Source: Leptolyngbyaceae cyanobacterium
GTDB taxonomy: Bacteria; Cyanobacteriota; Cyanobacteriia; Phormidesmidales; Phormidesmidaceae
Direction of reading: 5' to 3'
NCBI GenBank assembly: GCA_965263355.1
Contig: CBDHHL010000048.1
Span: 32,001-96,000, forward strand
Length of the DNA stretch: 64,000 nt
Under the pieces are notes generated by a model. The model saw nothing but the letters and a program-made list of their open reading frames with translations, was not told where the DNA came from and searched no databases. The first letter of the stretch is position 1. The number at the start of each line of letters is the position of its first letter. The translations under genes and the position numbers were made by a program. Shown piece by piece: positions 43,176-53,522 of this stretch.

Positions 43176-44301
43176 CTATACGATGTTTTCTTGAGTGATT
43201 TGGTTTTCCTGTTGCAGAACGGCCTCGATGAATGGGTCGAGGTCACCATTCATAACATCGTCAATAGCAGTGGTTTCAATGTTTGTCCGCAGGTCTTTAA
43301 CCATTTGATAGGGATGAAAGACATAGTTGCGAATTTGATTACCCCAGGCAGCTTCTACCATGTCACCACGAATGTCTGCTACAGCTTGGGCCTGTTGTTC
43401 TTGGGCGATCACAAGTAATTTAGCTTTGAGTAAAGCCATGGCCTTTTCGCGATTTTGTAGTTGCGATCGCTCCTGAGTACACCGCACTGACAGCCCTGTC
43501 GGCAAATGGGTAATCCGCACCGCTGTCTCTACTTTATTCACATTTTGACCACCGGCCCCCCCGGAACGCGATGTCTTGATTTCCAGATCTTTATCAGGGA
43601 TATCTAGCTCAATACTGTCATCCAATACTGGCATCACTTCAATGCCAGCAAAACTAGTCTGACGCTTGCCATTAGCGTTAAACGGAGAAATACGAACTAG
43701 CCGATGAGTGCCCTTTTCTGCCTTTAAATACCCATAGGCATAGCGCCCATCAATTTCTAAAGTAGCTGACTTCAGCCCAGCTTCATCTCCCTTAGATTCT
43801 TCAACCAGCCTGATACTGTAATCATGCTGTTCACACCAACGGGTATACATCCTCAGCAGCATTTCTGCCCAGTCCTGAGCATCCGTCCCGCCAGCACCAG
43901 CATTGATGGTCACTACAGCACTGTTTTTATCGTAAGGGCCAGATAAAAGCTGCTGTAGCTCCCACTGATCTAGAGCCTTAGCAAGGGTCTGGGCCGTTTC
44001 TTGGGCTTCGGTTAAAAGGGCCGAATCAGACTCTACTTCCAGTAGTTCTGCAATAGTTTGCAGATCGCCGAGTTGGGTATTCCAAGTATTGAGCTGTTCC
44101 AAATAGGACTTATATTCATTCAGCGTCTGTAGAGTCTTCTGCGCTTGTTCTTGGTTATCCCAAAAATCCGATTGAGCAGCTACCTGCTCTAGATCATCAA
44201 TTTTCGCTTGAATGGCAGGCAGGTCAAAGATACTCCTGAGCTTTGCCCAGGCGATTATTAAGCAGATCACTTTCGCGTTTGAGGTCAGACAGATCTAACA
44301 T
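43176..44301 (-). CDS. prfB: Peptide chain release factor 2 with programmed +1 frameshift
   Basis: SPF and GGQ motifs; true start ATG 44301 ([10 protein letters not shown]...AQEYL), then CTT TGA C at 44229-44223. Confidence 0.96.
44223..44237 (-). promoter_or_regulatory. RF2 frameshift cassette
   Basis: AGGAG-TAT-CTTTGAC on the minus strand. Confidence 0.95.
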
Positions 44302-44397
44302 GAGGTGATTGGCATTAGGCAATGAGTGCCATTGAGTCTTAGCTTGTTAATTCTATAATGTCACCCGCAGTTCGATTTGACCGTCAATTTATCCCTT

Positions 44398-45027
44398 ATG
44401 GCTCTTTCTTCTAAGCTTTGGCAAGATTACCTAGACTTGGCCAATGAGAGCCTTGCTCATCCATTTGTGCAAGGTATTGCAGATGGCACATTGCCCAAAG
44501 CAAACTTTGCATATTACGTGGGCCAGGACGCGTTCTTTCTAGAAGCCTTTGCCCGAGCCTATAGCATTGCAGCAGCAAAATCCCCTACCTGGGAGAGTTT
44601 TAATGTATTCCACGATTTAGCTGCCGGGGTGTTATCAGAATTAAAGCTACACCAAAGTTATGCCCAGACCTGGAATGTAGATTTGGCCCAGGTAAGCCCA
44701 GACAAATCCACACGGCAGTATACAGACTTTTTACTGGCAACGGCCTGGAATCAACCCATTGGCATCACAGCTGTCGCCATGTCGCCATGCATGCGTCTAT
44801 ATGCCTATTTAGGTCAACAGCTTGCCAAAAATGGAATTCCCGAGCACGGCTATAAGGATTGGATCAGCACTTATAGTAGTGACTCGTTCGAACCTTTAGC
44901 TGCTCAGTTAGAAGCCATTGTAGATGAGTATGCAAGCGATAGTGAGCTAACTCGCTCCACCTACCGCTATGCCATGGTATGCGAGCGGGACTTTTTCCAA
45001 GCCGCATGGCAGTACCGAGAAGGTTGA
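44398..45027 (+). CDS. tenA: TenA / thiaminase II family protein
   Basis: HPFV..IADGTL, YVGQDAFFLEAF, PCMRLY, WISTYSS, ERDFF. Confidence 0.88.
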   Translation: MALSSKLWQDYLDLANESLAHPFVQGIADGTLPKANFAYYVGQDAFFLEAFARAYSIAAAKSPTWESFNVFHDLAAGVLSELKLHQSYAQTWNVDLAQVSPDKSTRQYTDFLLATAWNQPIGITAVAMSPCMRLYAYLGQQLAKNGIPEHGYKDWISTYSSDSFEPLAAQLEAIVDEYASDSELTRSTYRYAMVCERDFFQAAWQYREG

Positions 45028-45128
45028 CTCAGAAGCAATACACAGCAGTTTACGTTCATGAACCTTTAACCAATACCTTAGGTCTCAGCCATAGACTTTG
45101 AGAAGTCAGGAGAGTCCTGCGCATCTGC

Positions 45129-45182
45129 TTTGATCCTATATCGCAGCAACTACAGAGTAATTTGCTGCGATATAGGATCAAA
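45129..45182. repeat. 21-bp perfect inverted repeat
   Basis: TTTGATCCTATATCGCAGCAA-12nt-TTGCTGCGATATAGGATCAAA. Confidence 0.9.
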
Positions 45183-45727
45183 TGAAATCTTTTTTGTGCA
45201 AACTCTGGCCAAACTTAATGAAATGCGCTTTTTGATTAGATCGCGAAAGGCCCCGATCCTATCGGGATAGAAGCTACGGTAATGTCGCTCGGCAATGTGC
45301 CATATTTAGATTTCTATAAATATGACTACAAATATGACTAAATCTTTTTACAAGACCATTAAGTCCACATTTCAAATGACATTAACATCAATGACTTGGA
45401 GGGGAAAGACGCCGAAATTACGGGCTGCGATCGCAACTACCTCCCTGCCTTCAGCAAAACTTTTCATCCCCTCAGTCAACTCATCAAAATCTCGTTACCT
45501 AGACCACTCAAACGAAGCCTGTAGCGTTATGAAATGGAGAATTAGATGCCTTTTGAGGTCCATACAGCTGCTTAAAATAGCCCTTAATTTCACTAACTGA
45601 TGTTTATCGCTGGCAGCGGAACTAAAGCAATGAAGAATAGCTGCAAATCCATAGACTAAGTAACTAATCTTCTTACACTATGTTTTTTAAGGCCTAGCTC
45701 AACAGTCGCTATCCCTAAACATTACTT

Positions 45728-45994
45728 ATGGTTTGGTTTGTAAAGATTGAACGTGGAATTGTCAATAAAGCTATATTTGACCAGTTCATACCTGCCCATG
45801 TGGCTTATGTCAACGATTTAATTGCCAAAGGTTACCAAGCCAAAACTGGTTATTGGGCTGAGCGTGGTGGCGGCATGCTGTTATTTCAAGCATCGTCCCT
45901 GGACGAAGCTGAAGCCATTGTCAAAGCTGATCCGTTGATTCAGAATGGCTGTGTCGATTACGAACTACACGAATGGTGTGTCGTTGTAGAATAG
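45728..45994 (+). CDS. YciI family protein
   Basis: H..YV..L, GGGMLLF, DPLIQNG. Confidence 0.88.
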   Translation: MVWFVKIERGIVNKAIFDQFIPAHVAYVNDLIAKGYQAKTGYWAERGGGMLLFQASSLDEAEAIVKADPLIQNGCVDYELHEWCVVVE

Positions 45995-46050
45995 TTCGCT
46001 ACAATAACAGGCTTGAGGAACCAGCACACAGTCATAACAATTAGCTCAGC

Positions 46051-46536
46051 ATGGCGAAAACAAATAAAAAATCCCAGCCCAGTGACGGATTCAAAGTCAT
46101 GGCTGACAATCGTCAGGCTCGCTTTACCTACGAAATTTTAGACAGCTATGAGGCTGGAATTGCATTGAAAGGCACCGAAGTCAAGTCTATTCGCGCTGGC
46201 AAAGTCAACCTAAGAGACGGCTATGCCCAGGTCAAAAACGGTGAAGTATGGTTACTGAATGTCCACATTTCTCCCCACGATATGACCAACCAAGCTTACA
46301 ATCACGATCCGCGCCGTCCTCGACGGTTACTCCTTCATAAGGCTGAAATTCGTAAGTTGATCGGCAAAGTGGAAGAAAAGGGCCTGACTCTAGTTCCATT
46401 AAAGCTCTATCTGAAAAAAGGACGCGTAAAAGTCAACATCGCCATTGGTCGTGGTAAAAAGCTCCACGATAAGCGTGAATCCCTAAAACAAAAGCAAGAA
46501 AAACGTGACATTGCTCGCATGACGAAAAATCGTTAG
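46051..46536 (+). CDS. smpB: SsrA-binding protein
   Basis: NRQARF, GTEVKSIR, LLLHK, GKKLHDKRE. Confidence 0.97.
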   Translation: MAKTNKKSQPSDGFKVMADNRQARFTYEILDSYEAGIALKGTEVKSIRAGKVNLRDGYAQVKNGEVWLLNVHISPHDMTNQAYNHDPRRPRRLLLHKAEIRKLIGKVEEKGLTLVPLKLYLKKGRVKVNIAIGRGKKLHDKRESLKQKQEKRDIARMTKNR

Positions 46537-46901
46537 AGAAACACTAATTGATTTAGGTTTTTGCTATGCAGACACCTTGCAGATCCTCTAAGGTAATGCG
46601 TTTGGAGTAAGCACTAGTCTTCGGCAAAACGGCATTATCAAAAAAACTAATGGAATGTTCGTGATTTATCGCTGCGGGTCCTCCATTACAAAAATTCCAG
46701 CAAGTTCTTCCTTTTCCGGCTCAGCATCTACATTAACAACTTCCTAAGTCAAATAAATTCCGTCAATTAGAACAAAGGTTACCTGTAACCCTGGAGAAGA
46801 TAAAGGTTTTCGACCCTATCGTTAAACTAATGATTATCAGAAGCAATTTTGAAAATATTCTTGAAGTTATCTAAGTAAGTCAGTTACCACTAAACAAAGT
46901 A

Positions 46902-46946
46902 AAATTCCTCAAGAAATTAATTCGTAATTAATTTCTTGAGGAATTT
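46902..46946. repeat. 21-bp perfect inverted repeat, 3-nt loop
   Basis: AAATTCCTCAAGAAATTAATT-CGT-AATTAATTTCTTGAGGAATTT. Confidence 0.9.
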
Positions 46947-47072
46947 ATCTAATACAGTAATCCTACAAAGAAACATACTACTTGCTCTACAGCTCAATCT
47001 AATGTGATTTTTGAGAATCACCTCTAGCATCTGAGAGGAATTAAATTCTCGAAGTCTTCACAGGCTAAGCTA

Positions 47073-47104
47073 GATTGTTATAGCAATTGATTGTTATAGC
47101 AATT
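47073..47104. repeat. 16-bp perfect tandem duplication
   Basis: GATTGTTATAGCAATT x2. Confidence 0.9.
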
Positions 47105-47412
47105 CAATTTGATTTGTGAGAGTCGTCTCTAGCTTCGAAAAGACATCAAAGTCTCAAAATATTCACAGACTAGGCCAAATTGCTATATATATTTTTCACT
47201 TTGAGCTACTTTCAATAAATAGTTAAACATTCCCTCTAGGAAGCAAATAAGTAGTGCTAATACAGAAAACTTAAGAAATCAATTCAATAACTAGCATAAG
47301 AAAATAGCGACATGAAAAAACTCACGTCGCTATTCTAATCCTAGTTTAATTAATTCAATCCTGTCTGCTATTTGCAGCCTCTAAAGAGATGCTAGATGCT
47401 TATATGATGTGC

Positions 47413-48198
47413 TTACGGATCGGTTTGCAATGCCTGGGGTTGCAAATAGTTAATCATTTGGTCGACTCCCCGTTGAATACGACGAGTTACCGTCATCGGA
47501 CTCACTCCTATACGCTCAGCCACCTCCTTGCGCGAAAGCCCCTTAAAAAAGACAAATTCAATTGCCGAACGTGTCTTATCCTCTAACTGACTAAGTGCTC
47601 TTTGTACTTGCTGACGATCTTCTTCCAGGGATTGCAAAAGCTGATAATGCATATCAGGCAAAGTATCTCCCAGCGTGATAGTTGAGTCAGTTTGATGGCA
47701 AACAGTGGCATCCAAACTGAGTGGCATCCGATTCTTATTTGCCATCTTTACCTGACGCCACTCCTTGACTGAAATGCAAAGCGCTTCAGCCATTTCATAA
47801 TCAGACGGTTGGCGACCATAGCGACGCAGTAAATCAGCTTGCAACTTCTGACTAGCCTTCTGCAAATCTTGCCAACGACGAGGTATTTTAACTGTAGAGC
47901 CCCGATCCCTTAAAAAGTGAAGCATCTCACCGCGAATATAGGGAACGGCAAAAGAACTAAACGCACATCCTTGACTTGGATCAAACCGTTCGATCGCTCG
48001 GATTAAACCTAGGTAACCAATTTGCTCCAGGTCTTCATAGGGTTCAGCGCACTGATGACTGACACGATGCGCTATTTTTCGTACTAAACCTGCATTTAAA
48101 CGGACTAAATCATTACGCAACTTGATTGATGGCTTTTGTTTATATGCCATCAGCATCTCCATCCCACGAGAGCGAAGCGATGAGGTTTGAGTAGCCAT
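47413..48198 (-). CDS. sigF: Group 3 sigma factor SigF
   Basis: LNAGLVRKIAH, EPYEDLEQIG, FSSFAVPYIRGEMLHFLRD, SPMTVTRR. Confidence 0.93.
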   Translation of the reverse strand: MATQTSSLRSRGMEMLMAYKQKPSIKLRNDLVRLNAGLVRKIAHRVSHQCAEPYEDLEQIGYLGLIRAIERFDPSQGCAFSSFAVPYIRGEMLHFLRDRGSTVKIPRRWQDLQKASQKLQADLLRRYGRQPSDYEMAEALCISVKEWRQVKMANKNRMPLSLDATVCHQTDSTITLGDTLPDMHYQLLQSLEEDRQQVQRALSQLEDKTRSAIEFVFFKGLSRKEVAERIGVSPMTVTRRIQRGVDQMINYLQPQALQTDP

Positions 48199-48555
48199 AG
48201 TGTGCTAAATATCCTGTGTCAGGGCGTTAAATCGTGATTTAAGTACATTGTCGGGATGTTGACTTAAGCACACCATCGTTGGATTACGGGACTCGGTCTA
48301 TAAATTTCCCAAGAGTCTCCGTGCATTCACTCTGGCTGTTTAAAATGTTACTTTGTTCTAGATCTCTCAAATGCACATGGCAACGCGCATTGATGATACT
48401 TAATCAGCAAGTTTTCGTAGACATTAAAAAGTCACAACAAATTATCTTGGTGTAATTTGTTTCTCGTATAAGTTGGTTTGCACTGTCAAAGCCTAAAGCC
48501 TATTAGTAGCTTAATAAGCAGTCTAAATCTTTAGAATTTTTTCGGGATTCCTGTC

Positions 48556-48701
48556 AAAATTTTTGGCTCTACCTGTCTCAATATGCAAGCCGTGGTGTAA
48601 ATACTTGAAACCTATTCAAAATAAGAGCTTCAGTGTTTTGAGATGGACTAAAATGTTCGCTACAAACATCAGCATACAGGGATTGGTAGACCCAAATTTT
48701 T
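48556..48701. mobile_element. Degenerate MITE/IS-end relic
   Basis: AAAATTTTTGGCTCTACC ... GGTAGACCCAAATTTTT imperfect inverted ends. Confidence 0.45.
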
Positions 48702-48827
48702 ATACGTATTTTTGTATGGAATAATGAGCTTATGCTCTTAGAGCAAATAAAAGGCTATGTAAACCCTGTGCACCAACTAAGTAGCAGAAATGTTGAGAGA
48801 ACTGTACATCGACACCTGCTTAAGGTG

Positions 48828-49658
48828 CTAGCAAAGAAAATCTCTGATCAATGATAAATAGGTGTTTTCATCTTCCAACATAGGAAAATGGCCTGTTTCT
48901 GGCACTTCCACATACTTAATCTTTTCACTTAAGGATGCTGCCTTACGTCCCAATTCAGCAGGGGTAATTTTGTCGTATTGCCCAGATATCATCAGAGTCG
49001 GCACATTAATCGCTGCAAACGCTGTAGGCATCTTCTCCGTGGCATGTTTACTTACCGAAGCCTTTAAGGTTTCCAGAGCAGTCATTGTGTCAGCCTGCAA
49101 GAAATCATTGAGAAATATTTTTTTGTCTAGGTAAGGAATTGGCCTCTTTAGAAACCTCGACATGAATATATGAGGCACTAATGGAATATATGCCAGCCAT
49201 AATGGCCGAAACATCACTACATAGCTACCAAACTGATGAAATGCTTTGAAAGCAAGCTCATCATACTCAAAGGAGCCGTTGCACGTAAGAATTGCCTTAT
49301 CAACTCGTTGGGCAAAGCAATTGAGAAAGTAAAGTGCTACTGACGCACCCATAGAGTGAGCAATAATCAACACACGTTCTAACTTCAAGATCGTTAACAA
49401 ACGCTCAAGATCGTCAGCAAAGCTTTCTAAGCTGCCTAACTCGGCTTTCGTATTCAATGCATTTGCAGAGCGCCCAAACCCTCGCAAATCGTATAATAAA
49501 CAGTCAAATTCATGTTTCATTGCATGGGCTGTTTTTTCCCAATAACGAGCTGAGCCCCCCCAACCATGTAGAAAAACCAAAGGTGGGCGATGCCCCTGCG
49601 GACCATCACAAATCCATTCATAGTAATGATCAACCCCATTAAGCGTTATGTAGGCCAT
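48828..49658 (-). CDS. Alpha/beta fold hydrolase
   Basis: FLHGWGG, YDLRGFG, AHSMG, GHFPMLE. Confidence 0.92.
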   Translation of the reverse strand: MAYITLNGVDHYYEWICDGPQGHRPPLVFLHGWGGSARYWEKTAHAMKHEFDCLLYDLRGFGRSANALNTKAELGSLESFADDLERLLTILKLERVLIIAHSMGASVALYFLNCFAQRVDKAILTCNGSFEYDELAFKAFHQFGSYVVMFRPLWLAYIPLVPHIFMSRFLKRPIPYLDKKIFLNDFLQADTMTALETLKASVSKHATEKMPTAFAAINVPTLMISGQYDKITPAELGRKAASLSEKIKYVEVPETGHFPMLEDENTYLSLIRDFLC

Positions 49659-49808
49659 ACAAGTTCCCTTAGCCAATCAACACTCTATAAAGAGTTGCAT
49701 TCCAAAGCAGCAAAACGCTGAAATCACCAGTTTTAATTAAACCTTGTACACATCCAAACAATCATTTCTCCATAGAAGAAAACCTACAGGTTCCAACTTG
49801 GACATGGT

Positions 49809-51155
49809 TTAAGCAGATTCTGGCTTAGGCAATGAAGAAGGATGCAACAACAACTCCGCAGTAGATCGTTTCTCTACCATTTCTCGAGTGATATGAAAGC
49901 GCTTCATGTCTTTTCTTGAAGGTAGCTCATACATAACATCCAGCATAATTTCTTCAATTATGCTGCGTAGTGCTCGCGCACCAGTTTTGCGTCGATACCC
50001 TTCCTGAGCAATAGCCCGAATAGCATCTGGCTTGAACTCAAGATTAACATTATCCATCAGCATCAGCTTCTGAAATTGTTTAACCAGGGCATTTTTGGGC
50101 TCTGTCAAAATAGCCATCAAAGCTTCTTCGTCAAGAGGATTAAGTACGGATATAGCCGGTATTCGACCGATAAATTCCGGAATCATTCCAAACTTGACGA
50201 TATCATCAGCTTCTAAATTTTTCAGCACATCAGCTGCTCGCCTATCACGATTAAACTGCGTCTGCGGCTCACCCGACCCTTGAACAAAGCCCATCGACTT
50301 TTTGCCAATACGCTGCTCGATAATTTTCTCTAGACCAACAAATGCACCACCACAAATAAATAAAATGTTACTGGTATCGATTTGAATACAATCTTGATAA
50401 GGATGTTTACGACCACCTTGAGGGGGCACATTAGCAATAGTCCCCTCAAGCATCTTTAACAACGCCTGCTGAACACCTTCACCAGATACATCTCGGGTGA
50501 TAGATGGGTTTTCACTTTTGCGAGCAATTTTATCAATTTCATCAATGTAGATGATACCTCGCTGCGCCTCTTCAACATCTAAATCTGCAACTTGTAAAAG
50601 TCTTAGCAGAATATTTTCAACATCTTCACCAACGTAACCTGCCTCAGTTAGCGTAGTGGCATCGGCAACAGCAAATGGAACATCTAAAATCTTTGCCAAT
50701 GTCTGAGCTAACAACGTTTTACCTGACCCCGTTGGACCAATCAGTAAAATATTAGACTTTTGCAGCTCTACGCTATCCTCTCCGGGATCCCCTCCCGATT
50801 GAACATAACTCAGACGCTTATAGTGGTTATAAACTGCGACAGAAAGTACTTTTTTAGCCTCAGTTTGACCAATGACATGCTCATCTAAGTATGCCTTAAT
50901 TTCTCTAGGCTTAGGAATCTGACTCAGGGAAATATGAGATGGAGACTTGCGGCTACGCTCAGGCTGCTGCTCTCGTCGAGGCGCAGGAGGAGTAACGGCG
51001 GAGCTAGAATCAAACAACTCCTCATCTAAAATTTCATTACAAAGATCAACACACTCATCACAGATATAAACTCCTGGACCAGCAATTAGCTTTCGCACTT
51101 GCTCCTGGGACTTACCGCAAAAGGAACATTTAAGATGGGAGTCATATTTAGACAT
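49809..51155 (-). CDS. clpX: ATP-dependent Clp protease ATP-binding subunit
   Basis: Zn finger [24 protein letters not shown]. Confidence 0.98.
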   Translation of the reverse strand: MSKYDSHLKCSFCGKSQEQVRKLIAGPGVYICDECVDLCNEILDEELFDSSSAVTPPAPRREQQPERSRKSPSHISLSQIPKPREIKAYLDEHVIGQTEAKKVLSVAVYNHYKRLSYVQSGGDPGEDSVELQKSNILLIGPTGSGKTLLAQTLAKILDVPFAVADATTLTEAGYVGEDVENILLRLLQVADLDVEEAQRGIIYIDEIDKIARKSENPSITRDVSGEGVQQALLKMLEGTIANVPPQGGRKHPYQDCIQIDTSNILFICGGAFVGLEKIIEQRIGKKSMGFVQGSGEPQTQFNRDRRAADVLKNLEADDIVKFGMIPEFIGRIPAISVLNPLDEEALMAILTEPKNALVKQFQKLMLMDNVNLEFKPDAIRAIAQEGYRRKTGARALRSIIEEIMLDVMYELPSRKDMKRFHITREMVEKRSTAELLLHPSSLPKPESA

Positions 51156-51167
51156 ATCAGCCCTAAC

Positions 51168-51869
51168 CTAGTGCGTTGACATCAAATTGGCGGCAGCATC
51201 ACGAGAAATAACAGTGTCAATCAAGCCATAGTCTGCTGCTTCAGTAGCAGACATGAAGAAATCACGCTCGGTATCTTCCGCAATTCTGTCCAAAGGCTGC
51301 CCAGTATGACCAGCCAATAACTCATTTAGACGTTGCTTCAGATACAGAATTTCTCGCGCTTGAATCTCAATATCAACAGCTTGCCCTTGGGCTCCACCCA
51401 AGGGCTGGTGAATCATAATACGGGAGCTTGGCAAGGCCATACGCTTTCCCCTAGCCCCACCAGACAACAAAAATGCTCCCATGCTAGCAGCTAATCCAAA
51501 ACAGATCGTGACAACATCTGGACGAATTTGCTGCATCGTATCGTAGATAGCCATACCTGCTGTTATTGAGCCCCCTGGAGAATTGATATAGATCTGAACA
51601 TCCTTTTCAGGGTCTTCAGCGTCCAAATATAGCAACTGAGCCACAATTGAATCAGCCAAAGTATCATCTACACCACTGCCAAGAAAAACGATACGTTCCC
51701 TTAACAACCGTGAATATATATCAAAAACACGTTCACCCCGCCCAGATTGCTCTAGCACCACAGGCAGCATCATATTGTTCGCTCTGTCAATGCCCGCAGT
51801 AGACAAACTGTGACCATATAAATCTGGCAACGTTTTACTGTGGTAGGAATGAGACATAAATGAGTACAT
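51168..51869 (-). CDS. clpP: Clp protease proteolytic subunit
   Basis: DIYSRLL, AASMG (Ser), MIHQP (His), ERDFF (Asp); start uncertain. Confidence 0.96.
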   Translation of the reverse strand: MYSFMSHSYHSKTLPDLYGHSLSTAGIDRANNMMLPVVLEQSGRGERVFDIYSRLLRERIVFLGSGVDDTLADSIVAQLLYLDAEDPEKDVQIYINSPGGSITAGMAIYDTMQQIRPDVVTICFGLAASMGAFLLSGGARGKRMALPSSRIMIHQPLGGAQGQAVDIEIQAREILYLKQRLNELLAGHTGQPLDRIAEDTERDFFMSATEAADYGLIDTVISRDAAANLMSTH

Positions 51870-52151
51870 ATCTAGCTAACAGGGCATTCATACATTATTA
51901 TGCCTCACACATTCACTGAAATGCGTTTAGGTGACGGCAACCATACTCTAGCGAAAACCAACCAATTTCAACAGTCAATAACCAGGATTTTTTGAAATCC
52001 TTTAACTACACTTTCGGAAGGCATGGTTACACCCCCCTTTACCAGCACTAACACCTGAATTCAGTCACCTTTTATCTCTAAAAGAATTTGATCGGCTTGA
52101 ACGCAAGACAAAGATTTATGAACTATAGCTGCTCATTCATACAAATGCCCA

Positions 52152-53522
52152 CTACTCTTCCTCAGCATTCACATCTACAGCATCACTATCCTCTGCTTGA
52201 TTAAGAGTCCCTTCAGCTACTAATTCAACAGTTGCATTTGCTGATAACCAAGTCAGGATCTTTTCCTTAAGCAGATCTTCGTTAACCACTTGTTTCAGAC
52301 GATCTTGATCAATTTTGCTAGGGTCATCAACTTCAGCCATCATCTCTTTAATACGAACCACGACAGCCTCTTCTTCAACGCTAATAGACTCCTGATTTGC
52401 TACTTCTCCCAAAGCCAGGGTACGCCGCAGTCGCTCAATAGCCTCAGGTTTGGCATTTTCACGCATATTCTCAACCAACTCTTTGGTCAAAAACTTATTT
52501 ATATCAATGCCTTGATTAGACAGCTGCATAACTGTTTGAGTGACAATATGGTCAACTTCACGCTGTAACAAGGTTTTAGGGATTTCTACTTGTAAATGAG
52601 TAACTAGCTCATCTAAAAGGGCCTTCTCTATATTCGCCTGGGTCGCATCTTCTGCCTCATGCTTAAAGCGAGCTTCCAAGGACTGCTTTAATTCCTCTAG
52701 AGTTTCAAATTCACTGACTTCCTGAGCTAAATCATCATCCAGAGCAGGCAGTTCTCGCTCCTTCAAATCATTTAAGGTGATTTTAAAGACAGCTGCTTTA
52801 CCGGCCAAGTCTGCTTGAGGATATTCATCCGGAAACGTAATATCTACGTCCTTGGTTTGACCTAGCTCCATACCAACCATGCCTTCGACGAATCCTGGAA
52901 TAAATCGACCTTCCTTAATTTCAACTTGAAATTCGCTTGCACTACCTCCTTCAAATTCTTCAGGCTCCTCGCCATCCTTGAGAATTTTGCCAACGAAGTC
53001 AATTACGGCGACATCTCCCTCTTGTGCTGCTCGATCCTCAATCGGCACTAGGCTAGCTAAATTTTGCTGATAACTTGCCAAAGTTTCAGCAATCCGCTCA
53101 GCATTGAAAACGACTTCTTCTGCCTGAATAGATAACCCCTTATATTGCTTAAGTTCGGATTGAGGAGGAACATCCACCGATGCTGAAATAGTTAGAACTT
53201 TACCTGGTTCGAACTGCTCAACTAAGGATTCAAAACCAGAGCGTAACTGATAGTTGCCCAAGGCCTCAATTTTTTCTTGGGCAATAGCCTTATCAATAAC
53301 AGTTTGTAAAAGCTCCTCAAGGGCTGCGACTTTAAGCCTAGTTGCTCCTAACTGCTGGACCAGAATCTGCCGTGGCACTTTACCTTTCCGAAACCCAGGA
53401 ATGTTTGCCGTCTTCATAAATTTGCGCAGCGTTTGCTCATAGGTTTGCTTAGACATATCTGCAGGAACTTCGATTTCTAAGCCAACCTGGCTATCGGGTA
53501 ATTTTTCCTGGGTAACTTTCAT
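52152..53522 (-). CDS. tig: Trigger factor
   Basis: IPGFRKGKVP; FKBP domain FIPGF. Confidence 0.97.
   Translation of the reverse strand: MKVTQEKLPDSQVGLEIEVPADMSKQTYEQTLRKFMKTANIPGFRKGKVPRQILVQQLGATRLKVAALEELLQTVIDKAIAQEKIEALGNYQLRSGFESLVEQFEPGKVLTISASVDVPPQSELKQYKGLSIQAEEVVFNAERIAETLASYQQNLASLVPIEDRAAQEGDVAVIDFVGKILKDGEEPEEFEGGSASEFQVEIKEGRFIPGFVEGMVGMELGQTKDVDITFPDEYPQADLAGKAAVFKITLNDLKERELPALDDDLAQEVSEFETLEELKQSLEARFKHEAEDATQANIEKALLDELVTHLQVEIPKTLLQREVDHIVTQTVMQLSNQGIDINKFLTKELVENMRENAKPEAIERLRRTLALGEVANQESISVEEEAVVVRIKEMMAEVDDPSKIDQDRLKQVVNEDLLKEKILTWLSANATVELVAEGTLNQAEDSDAVDVNAEEE

Noticed and set aside
43176..44301. prfB as a frameshifted pseudogene
   Set aside because: The frameshift is the canonical programmed CTT-TGA-C site.
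44302..44397. TPP riboswitch upstream of tenA
   Set aside because: The spacer is under 100 bp and lacks the CTGAGA core.
45322..45600. 92-aa plus-strand ORF
   Set aside because: No motif or RBS; it starts inside a short tandem repeat and has atypical composition.
46537..47412. tmRNA (ssrA) next to smpB
   Set aside because: No GGGGC 5' end, tag ORF or T-arm/CCA 3' end; the region is AT-rich.
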